IMG/VR virus record: IMGVR_UViG_3300046820_000635
Length of the DNA stretch: 20,401 nucleotides
Direction: 5' to 3' (one strand)
DNA from: a virus
Taxonomy: Duplodnaviria; Heunggongvirae; Uroviricota; Caudoviricetes
Of this stretch, positions 1-5,520 are shown piece by piece. The notes under the pieces are model-generated. The model did not search any database. It saw only the letters and a list, made by a program, of their open reading frames with translations, and had not been told where the DNA came from. How positions within the stretch are numbered: the stretch's first letter is position 1; each line of letters opens with the position of its first letter. The position numbers and the translations under genes were made by a program.

Positions 1-30
1 TCGCAGGTTCGAACCCTGCATCATCCACCA
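1..30 (+). tRNA. 3' end of a tRNA or tmRNA, truncated by the window edge
   Basis: T-arm GCAGG-TTCGAAC-CCTGC, then ATCATCC-A-CCA. U70 and the ...TCCACCA end fit Ala-type identity (tRNA-Ala or tmRNA). Confidence 0.8.
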
Positions 31-130
31 TATGCAAACACATTAACCGGTATCGTAGCAGTACCGCTGGTGCTACGGGAAACAGTGGGGTCGAACCCCA
101 CAGCCAGGTTCGTTAGTGTGTTTCCATATG
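29..130 (+). ncRNA. Long-stem, partly tRNA-like structured RNA
   Basis: CATATG-C-AAACACATTAAC (29-47) pairs with GTTAGTGTGTTT-C-CATATG (112-130). Inside are hairpin CGTAGCA/TGCTACG (54-77) and a T-arm-like GTGGG-GTCGAAC-CCCAC (85-101). Confidence 0.5.
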
Positions 131-320
131 TTTTTGGTTAGCTGTAGTTTAAGTGAAAGCCTGAGTGTTTCCCGACGGGGATTAGCAAGGGACGCGATAA
201 GTTAGTAGACGAAGATAACAATGGGCCCTGCGTTGTTGGATGCTGCTAATGATGACAACAGAATACCGTCCAACGGAGGACGAGGTGCTCAGAGTTGAGC
301 CAGCTAACCAAAAATATATG
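125..320 (+). ncRNA. Structured RNA with tRNA-like ends (core 136-310, ending in CCA)
   Basis: 125-144 pairs with 301-320 (20 bp, one G-U). D-arm-like TAGTTT-AAGTG-AAAGC; helices 161-166/287-292, 181-187/244-250, 232-237/254-259, 267-271/278-282. Confidence 0.55.
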
Positions 321-395
321 CCGCGGTAGCTCATCAGGTAGAGCAGCAGACTGAAAATCTGTGTGTGGCTGGTTCGAGTCCAGCTCGTGGCACCA
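320..395 (+). tRNA. tRNA-Phe(GAA)
   Basis: Full cloverleaf, loop CT-GAA-AA, encoded CCA. Confidence 0.97.
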
Positions 396-400
396 TGTAT

Positions 401-483
401 GCGACTGTGGCGTAATTGGTAGCCGCAACAGACTTAAAATCTGTCGTTTATTCGTACCGGTTCGAGTCCGGTCAGTCGCACCA
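401..483 (+). tRNA. tRNA-Leu(TAA)
   Basis: ACAGA-CT-TAA-AA-TCTGT, extended variable region, CCA. Confidence 0.95.
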
Positions 484-486
484 TGT

Positions 487-562
487 GCCCTGGTGGTGGA
501 ATGGTATACACACCGGTCTAAGAAGCCGTTCGCTGCGAGTTCGAGTCTCGCCTAGGGCACCA
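487..562 (+). tRNA. Atypical tRNA-Leu(AAG) with A34 and a short variable loop
   Basis: Cloverleaf with loop CT-AAG-AA, Leu-type D loop and 5-nt variable region. Acceptor stem GCCCTGG/CTAGGGC-A-CCA is identical to the tRNA-Leu(TAG) at 683. Confidence 0.8.
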
Positions 563-593
563 AAAATATTTTCACATTGTTAACCAAAATATG

Positions 594-622
594 TTGACAG
601 GTGATAAATTAGAACATATACT
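594..622 (+). promoter_or_regulatory. Sigma70-type promoter
   Basis: TTGACA-17 nt-TATACT, upstream of tRNA-Leu(TAG) and the GOLLD-like RNA. Confidence 0.8.
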
Positions 623-682
623 ATATAGATGCTGTTAACAAACAGCAACAAATGTTCTTTAAAAAGTTAGTGTAAGAATTAT

Positions 683-767
683 GCCCTGGTGGCGAAATTG
701 GTAGACGCACCAGATTTAGGTTCTGGCGCTGAAAGGCGTGTCGGTTCGAGTCCGACCTAGGGCACCA
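683..767 (+). tRNA. tRNA-Leu(TAG)
   Basis: CCAGA-TT-TAG-GT-TCTGG, long variable arm, CCA. Confidence 0.97.
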
Positions 768-770
768 TAG

Positions 771-884
771 TTCTTATAGTTCTGTATACGAAGGCGTAGG
801 CCACGCTGATGTGACGGAGCACAGCTTGATGTTTTTCTTCAGGTCTGCAGGTTCGACTCCTGCAAGTGTACAGAACTATAAGAA
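771..884 (+). ncRNA. tRNA-like RNA with an extended (16-19 bp) acceptor-like stem
   Basis: Perfect inverted repeat TTCTTATAGTTCTGTA (771-786)/TACAGAACTATAAGAA (869-884). It encloses a D-arm-like GCGT-AGGCC-ACGC, an irregular middle arm and a canonical T-arm GCAGG-TTCGACT-CCTGC. Confidence 0.6.
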
Positions 885-890
885 TTGATA

Positions 891-1779
891 TTTAAGGGCA
901 GCTTAATGTCCTGTAGCGTATGGTTCGCCCAGCGTTACGAAGAATAACTCCTGTGAGGGAGCCAACGATGGAATGCCTACATACCATCGCCAGCAATGGT
1001 TCATTTAAGCAAGCCTGCTCACTACCGTGAGGTAGCGTTCACTGACAAAACCGGTGGATGTAACAATGAAGCAAGTGTATGGGGAAGAACGCACATCGAC
1101 TAGCCTGCAAGGGAACTAGGGTGTGTGAAAAGTAACAGGTGGTGCTGACTTCCATACAAAACCAACTTGCGAATTGGTATGAGAAAGGGTAGCGTTATGT
1201 TCCGAGGGGTCGCTCCTAAGGGGTATAGCGCAATGTTAATGGTTAGTGGACGTAGTAATACGGACACCGATCGTGAAACATCACTGATTACTCCGCGAGA
1301 GGAAAGGTACGTGGTGTGTTGTATTGGGTATGCCAAAAGCGTATTCAGCAACTGAGGCAGCACATCATTGTAGGTTGCAAGTAGCTCATTTGGTAGAGCA
1401 TCTGTCTCTTAAACAGACTGTAGTTGGTTCGATTCCAACCTCGTTAACAAAACGCAAAGACTGCCTCGGTCGTATGTGAAAAGCATCTAATGCTTGACAC
1501 GCAAGTGAATCAAGTCTTACAAAACTCGCAAGGTGGCGTAAGTTTGTACTAGAAGTTTCGTAGCTCGCAAGGCTTAATGGTTCGCAAGATCAACGGAGAA
1601 GAAGGTACAGAGTAGCATACGATGACAAGACTACTGCCTGTCTTTAAAAACGGCGATGCTGGTAACAGACTAGAATACATAGCAATATGGTTTTAGTGGA
1701 AGTCGAGAGAAGGTATGCTCGCAAGGCGTACTATAATGCTCGAGGTGTTACTAGGTTAGGATGTATTCTCAGTCCGCCA
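891..1779 (+). ncRNA. GOLLD-like giant structured RNA
   Basis: ~890 nt with no credible ORF, inside a phage tRNA array. Many GNRA-capped hairpins (GCAA, GUGA, GCGA), a long-range helix 891-901/1638-1648, and an embedded tRNA. The 3' end GTATTCTCAGTCC resembles the GOLLD 3' terminus as I recall it (not searched). Confidence 0.65.
1374..1449 (+). tRNA. Degenerate tRNA-Lys(CTT) embedded in the large RNA
   Basis: D arm (TAGCTCATTTGGTAGAGC), anticodon arm TCTGT-CT-CTT-AA-ACAGA and T arm are intact. The acceptor stem is mismatched and there is no CCA. Confidence 0.7.
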
Positions 1780-1859
1780 CTATATTAAAGCACATTGTTT
1801 AAACCGCGGCTGATTTTAAAGTCGGATGAAGGCGAAACTAACAGTGTGTTTCAATATAG
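1780..1859 (+). ncRNA. Small RNA closed by a 20-bp stem
   Basis: CTATATTAAAGCACATTGTT (1780-1799) pairs with AACAGTGTGTTTCAATATAG (1840-1859), one mismatch. The arm sequences resemble those of the 29-130 element. Confidence 0.5.
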
Positions 1860-1860
1860 T

Positions 1861-1935
1861 GGCCAGGTGGCAGAGCGTTTATGCGCTAGATTGCAAATCT
1901 GGATTAGGATGGTTAAACTCCATCCCTGGCCTCCA
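1861..1935 (+). tRNA. tRNA-Cys(GCA)
   Basis: CTAGA-TT-GCA-AA-TCTGG, U73, CCA. Variant T loop TTAAACT with D-loop GT in place of GG. Confidence 0.9.
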
Positions 1936-1941
1936 TATATT

Positions 1942-2017
1942 GCCTGGTTAACTCAGTTGGTAGAGTTCTGTCTTTACACGGCAGCTGTCGGCGGTTCGAG
2001 CCCGTCACCAGGTACCA
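1942..2017 (+). tRNA. tRNA-Val(TAC)
   Basis: CTGTC-TT-TAC-AC-GGCAG, CCA. Confidence 0.96.
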
Positions 2018-2023
2018 AACATT

Positions 2024-2111
2024 GGAGTATTGGCCGACCGGTTAAGGCAGCAGTTTGCTAAACTGTCGTTCAGAAATGGGCGAGTAGGTTCGATTCCTAC
2101 ATACTCCGCCA
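2024..2111 (+). tRNA. tRNA-Ser(GCT)
   Basis: Loop TT-GCT-AA, long variable arm, G73, CCA. Confidence 0.95.
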
Positions 2112-2132
2112 TATTACACACAAGGAAAATAA

Positions 2133-2312
2133 ATGTTAAAACCAACTAAGACGTACAAAATGAGCAAGTCACTCAAGACCAGCTTGGCACTGAGTGGCTA
2201 TCAAGACCCACATCGTAAGGGTCAATGGAAACGTGCCATGATCGATGCGGAGTTGGCCGCAGCAATTCAGCCCAAGCGTGAAAAGTCACGCCGTGACGCA
2301 CCTTCTGCATAA
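2133..2312 (+). CDS. Hypothetical basic protein, 59 aa (MLKPTKTYKMSK...RRDAPSA), not in the ORF track
   Basis: AAGGA Shine-Dalgarno; TAATG coupling to the next gene. Confidence 0.75.
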   Translation: MLKPTKTYKMSKSLKTSLALSGYQDPHRKGQWKRAMIDAELAAAIQPKREKSRRDAPSA

Positions 2313-2899
2313 TGAACAAAGAGCTCTGGCCGTTATTTTCTAAGCCTATTTTTAGGACTCCGATAGATTTATCTAATCTAGATCTAAGCAAGATCAAGTG
2401 GGCAAGAAACTATAACAACTGGATCAGTGAAAATCAGAATGTGTTGGATCAACCCGATTTTCAAAATCTTCGAGAGAGTGTATACGGTGGCTTGTCGGAA
2501 TACTTTTATGGCGTTATGAATGCCAGCAACAATGTAGAAATCTACATTACTGAAAGTTGGTTTAATAAAACAGAAAAAGGTCAAAGCCACCATAGGCATT
2601 GGCACCCGAATAGTCTAGTTTCAGGCATTGTTTATATTGCATCTGAAGGTACTAGTGGCAGTACAAGATTCATAACAAGTCAGTTTGATACCATCGAGTA
2701 TAATATTTCAGAATCAAATATATACAACTCTAGAAGTTGGGGTATAATACCAGAAGTTAATACTATGATGTTATTCCCATCAAATGTAGAACATTTGGTA
2801 GAAGAATACCTAGGAGAGTCTCCTAGGATTACATTGAGTTTTAATACATTTGTCAAAGGCAATATTAATGTTGATCCGTTGACTCGACTAAGTTTATAG
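2312..2899 (+). CDS. 2OG-Fe(II) oxygenase-like protein (TIGR02466-like)
   Basis: ESWFN...HHRHWHPNSLVSGIVY...LFPSNVEHLV...RITLSFN pattern. Confidence 0.8.
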   Translation: MNKELWPLFSKPIFRTPIDLSNLDLSKIKWARNYNNWISENQNVLDQPDFQNLRESVYGGLSEYFYGVMNASNNVEIYITESWFNKTEKGQSHHRHWHPNSLVSGIVYIASEGTSGSTRFITSQFDTIEYNISESNIYNSRSWGIIPEVNTMMLFPSNVEHLVEEYLGESPRITLSFNTFVKGNINVDPLTRLSL

Positions 2900-2907
2900 G
2901 TTTAATC

Positions 2908-3165
2908 ATGGTAGCAAGGAACGATATTACTGGAGATTCAATCCAGACCAAAGGCGTTAACAATGCCTATCGTGATCATTACGATAACATTTTTAGGAAA
3001 GATAAAATGCAAGTTCGAGTAGAAGAAAAGGCAGAAGACATCGGACGTTGCGGTTGCGGCCGCAGTCCTACAGGCAAGTGCATTGGCTGGCACGGTTTGA
3101 GTGAAGAAGCATTCCAGGCACGATTAGCCGAATTTAAAGAGCAAAAAGAAGCGTCCGATAAGTAA
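2908..3165 (+). CDS. Small protein with a CDGSH-like Fe-S/Zn motif
   Basis: CGCGRSPTGKCIGWH resembles C-x-C-x2-S-x3-P-x-C-D-G-S-H. A possible internal in-frame start at 3007 follows AGGAAA. Confidence 0.6.
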   Translation: MVARNDITGDSIQTKGVNNAYRDHYDNIFRKDKMQVRVEEKAEDIGRCGCGRSPTGKCIGWHGLSEEAFQARLAEFKEQKEASDK

Positions 3166-3179
3166 AAGAATAGAGTTTG

Positions 3180-3211
3180 CCATTATCGCATAAATAAATG
3201 CGATAGCGGAG
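3180..3211 (+). promoter_or_regulatory. Hairpin containing a TAAATA late-type box and overlapping the HNH ribosome-binding site
   Basis: CC-A-TTATCGCAT-AAATAA-ATGCGATAG-C-GG. TAAATA is at 3191-3196, GGAG at 3208-3211 and the ATG at 3218. Confidence 0.55.
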
Positions 3212-3217
3212 AGCTTT

Positions 3218-3664
3218 ATGAATAATGGAAGATATTACACAGAGTCTTACAAAGCAGGGCAAGCAGCAAAGATAGATAGAAAATATGGTCCTATGCAGGA
3301 TCATATAAAAATCTGTAAATGTTGTGGTAAAGAATATACCTGGCAGGGTAGATTGCATACAAAGGCTTACGCAGAATCTATGTTTTGTAGTAGAAGTTGT
3401 GCTAACAATAGAAGTGAATGGTGGAAAGATAATGCCACTCGTTATAAAACTATTGCATCACACAATCATACTATGAAATGTGTAATATGTGGATTCGATA
3501 AGATTGTTGCTGTTCATCACATTGATGAAAATAAGAAAAACAATGATCCGTCTAATCTAATACCGTTATGTCCAAATCATCACGAAATGGTACATAGCAA
3601 ATGGAAAGAAGAAGTTATTCCGTATATAACGGAATGGCAAAAGAAATATGGGCTGTTGGTATAG
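3218..3664 (+). CDS. HNH endonuclease (free-standing homing type)
   Basis: CVICGFDKIVAVHHIDENKKNNDPSNLIPLCPNHHEMVH, with N-terminal CxxC and CSRSC zinc motifs. Confidence 0.9.
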   Translation: MNNGRYYTESYKAGQAAKIDRKYGPMQDHIKICKCCGKEYTWQGRLHTKAYAESMFCSRSCANNRSEWWKDNATRYKTIASHNHTMKCVICGFDKIVAVHHIDENKKNNDPSNLIPLCPNHHEMVHSKWKEEVIPYITEWQKKYGLLV

Positions 3665-3724
3665 TTGGGAACACAGTAGCTTTGCAAGCTTCAGTCCCCG
3701 GTTCGATCCCGGGACGGTCCACCA
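3650..3724 (+). tRNA. tRNA-Ala(TGC)
   Basis: Loop TT-TGC-AA, G3:U70, CCA. The 5' end overlaps the last 15 nt of the HNH gene. Confidence 0.93.
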
Positions 3725-3734
3725 AGTTTTAAAT

Positions 3735-3810
3735 GCCGTCATAGCTCAGTTGGTAGAGCAACTCACTTGTAATGAGAAGGTCCCGTGTTCGATTCATGGT
3801 GACGGCACCA
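3735..3810 (+). tRNA. tRNA-Thr(TGT)
   Basis: Loop CT-TGT-AA, CCA. Confidence 0.95.
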
Positions 3811-3817
3811 AATATAT

Positions 3818-3891
3818 GCGGGATTAGTTTAATGGTAAAACGAGATCCTTCCAAGTTCAAGTCAGCGGTTCGATTCCGCTATCCCGCTCCA
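3818..3891 (+). tRNA. tRNA-Gly(TCC), copy 1
   Basis: Loop CT-TCC-AA, U73, CCA. The anticodon stem is weak (AGATC/GTTCA). Confidence 0.88.
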
Positions 3892-3898
3892 CATATAT

Positions 3899-3975
3899 TC
3901 CCTGATAGCTCAGTTGGTAGAAGCACTTGACTGTTAATCAAGGTGTCGCTGGTTCGAGCCCAGCTCGGGGAGCCA
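3899..3975 (+). tRNA. tRNA-Asn(GTT)
   Basis: CTTGA-CT-GTT-AA-TCAAG, G73, CCA. Confidence 0.96.
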
Positions 3976-3982
3976 ATAAAGG

Positions 3983-4011
3983 TTGACAACATCCTTAAAA
4001 TGTTGTATACT
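3983..4011 (+). promoter_or_regulatory. Sigma70-type promoter
   Basis: TTGACA-17 nt-TATACT. The inverted repeat ACAACAT/ATGTTGT spans the spacer. Confidence 0.8.
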
Positions 4012-4038
4012 AGTTTTGTTGTCTAGCAATAGGCAACC

Positions 4039-4263
4039 GGTGAAGTGAAGGGTAGATTAGGAAAGACAAACATTAGCTTGCAATGCTAATGATACAACTC
4101 TGGCAATCGTCTTGAAAACGATCGTACTTGTGTGAACCGATTCTATAATATCCTGTCATTTGCTGATCGGAAATTTACAAGTCTCTGTAGCCTGTCTATT
4201 GAAACTTGTCCGGGGATGCCTAAACAGCTACCCACTGTACATTGTCCGGTCTTTTACTTGACC
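4039..4263 (+). ncRNA. Structured ~225-nt RNA or 5' leader of the omega gene
   Basis: Closing helix 4039-4051/4251-4263. Other helices: GGGTAG/CTACCC (4050-55/4228-33), CATTAGC/GCTAATG, ATCGT/ACGAT, ACTTGT/ACAAGT, CCGAT/ATCGG. Confidence 0.5.
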
Positions 4264-4296
4264 TTTCGCTGACCCGTCATATTAAGGAAACAAACA

Positions 4297-4539
4297 GTGG
4301 CACGAATTACATCAGAAGCAGCAGTCGAAGCAATCGGTAACAGATTTAACCTAGTTCTAGCAGCCAGTCAAAGAGCGCGAGAACTAAAGAACGGCCACTT
4401 GCCGATGATCCAATCTAACAACGGTCCCATTCTTACCGCATTAAAAGAAATTGAACAAAAGAAATACACACTAAAAGACTATTTGGAATCTATTCCAAGA
4501 AAGAAAAAAGGACAGAGAGATGAATATTACCCTTCGTAA
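4297..4539 (+). CDS. rpoZ: RNA polymerase omega subunit homolog
   Basis: MARIT...AVEAIGNRFNLVLAASQRAREL...ALKEI matches the omega signature. GTG start after AAGGA. Confidence 0.85.
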   Translation: MARITSEAAVEAIGNRFNLVLAASQRARELKNGHLPMIQSNNGPILTALKEIEQKKYTLKDYLESIPRKKKGQRDEYYPS

Positions 4540-5092
4540 AGCAAACGCACTTCAGCAATCTATTCAAGATGCTATCAAAGGTATCAAGATTGAAACCACT
4601 GTTTCTATCAGTGAGTTTCAGGATGTGAACGCTGAGTTGGCTAAGGCCAACGCTACCCTTGTAACTAATGATGCTCGTCGTCAAAAGTTGTTGGTAGCAC
4701 TCTACAACATTCGCAGTCTTGTTGGTACAGCCAATGCAAACTGCGGTATTGATTTGAATCTTGCCAAGGCTGCATTTATTGACAAGCGTATGGTTCAACT
4801 GCAAGAGATTGCAGATGCAGATCATATCACTGATTTGAATGTCATTAACGGTAAGCTGGAAAAGATTCGTAACCGTAAAGACGAAGGCCGCGCTAGCCTG
4901 TACGGATACGACGACAGCGTTAAAACGTCTATTGTTGATCCAGTTCAGCTTGATCAGGCAAAGACTGAGGTTAAAAATCTCAAGAAGCAGAAGCAAAAAC
5001 TCAATGACGAGATTCTTGAGTTGAACATCAAGACAGAGATTCCTCTGAGCGAAGATGTTGTGGCAACACTGGCAGGGGAAGGTTTGATCTAA
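4520..5092 (+). CDS. Hypothetical helical/coiled-coil protein, 190 aa
   Basis: Long ORF with phage-like codon usage, overlapping the end of rpoZ. Confidence 0.8.
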   Translation: MNITLRKANALQQSIQDAIKGIKIETTVSISEFQDVNAELAKANATLVTNDARRQKLLVALYNIRSLVGTANANCGIDLNLAKAAFIDKRMVQLQEIADADHITDLNVINGKLEKIRNRKDEGRASLYGYDDSVKTSIVDPVQLDQAKTEVKNLKKQKQKLNDEILELNIKTEIPLSEDVVATLAGEGLI

Positions 5093-5094
5093 CA

Positions 5095-5289
5095 GACCCC
5101 GGGTTCCGAGCAACCGTTATTGCTTGGGGTTATTGAATAGACCAAACTATTCACTGTGCGTAGGATCTACAGCAAGGCCTGTTCGGCGACTTGAGAGTAT
5201 CCTAGGTTAACGAATAACAGTTTCCAAAAACTGTAACGTGGACAGAGTAACCGCTCAGTCTAGGGCCTATGTGGTGTAGGTAGCTAGAC
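5095..5289 (+). ncRNA. Multi-hairpin structured RNA (~195 nt)
   Basis: Helices 5106-13/5120-27, 5134-40/5147-53, 5161-66/5199-5204, 5217-22/5229-34, 5258-63/5284-89. No ORF. Confidence 0.5.
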
Positions 5290-5435
5290 ACTTTTGTTAA
5301 TGGTATAGCTCGTTGACCAATGTACACGGTTAACCTTGTCCAAAGCGGGAAGCCTATGATACTAGTAACTGGTTCTGCCTAGCAGACCAACAATAGGTAG
5401 CAAAGAGGATAGCAAACTGTACCATTAACAAAAGT
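5290..5435 (+). ncRNA. Structured RNA closed by a 16-19 bp stem
   Basis: Perfect inverted repeat ACTTTTGTTAATGGTA/TACCATTAACAAAAGT. Internal helices GTTGACC/GGTTAAC, GCCTAT/ATAGGT, TCTGC/GCAGA. Confidence 0.55.
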
Positions 5436-5439
5436 TTGA

Positions 5440-5514
5440 AGCAGGGTGGAGAAGTGGTATCTCGGGAGTCTCATAAGCTCCAGGTCGGCAGTTCGATTCT
5501 GTCCCTTGCAACCA
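5440..5514 (+). tRNA. tRNA-Met(CAT), initiator-like body
   Basis: Loop CT-CAT-AA, 1:72 mismatch, G2-C71, C3-G70 and A11-U24. It lacks the three consecutive G-C pairs in the anticodon stem. Confidence 0.88.
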
Positions 5515-5520
5515 AGTTTT

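Noticed and set aside
1800-1840. Hammerhead-like words (CTGAT, GGATGA, GAAAC) inside the 20-bp stem
   Set aside because: The CUGANGA, stem II, GAAA and NUH elements cannot be assembled in the required order with paired stems.
246-2061. ORF-track entries 246-428(-), 361-555, 1100-1363(-), 1167-1355 and 1795-2061
   Set aside because: They overlap tRNA genes or the large structured RNA, lack ribosome-binding sites and give implausible proteins.
4150-4195. Group I intron R-like word (CAGAGAC) on the minus strand
   Set aside because: There is no matching S element or P7 partner and no interrupted host gene on that strand.
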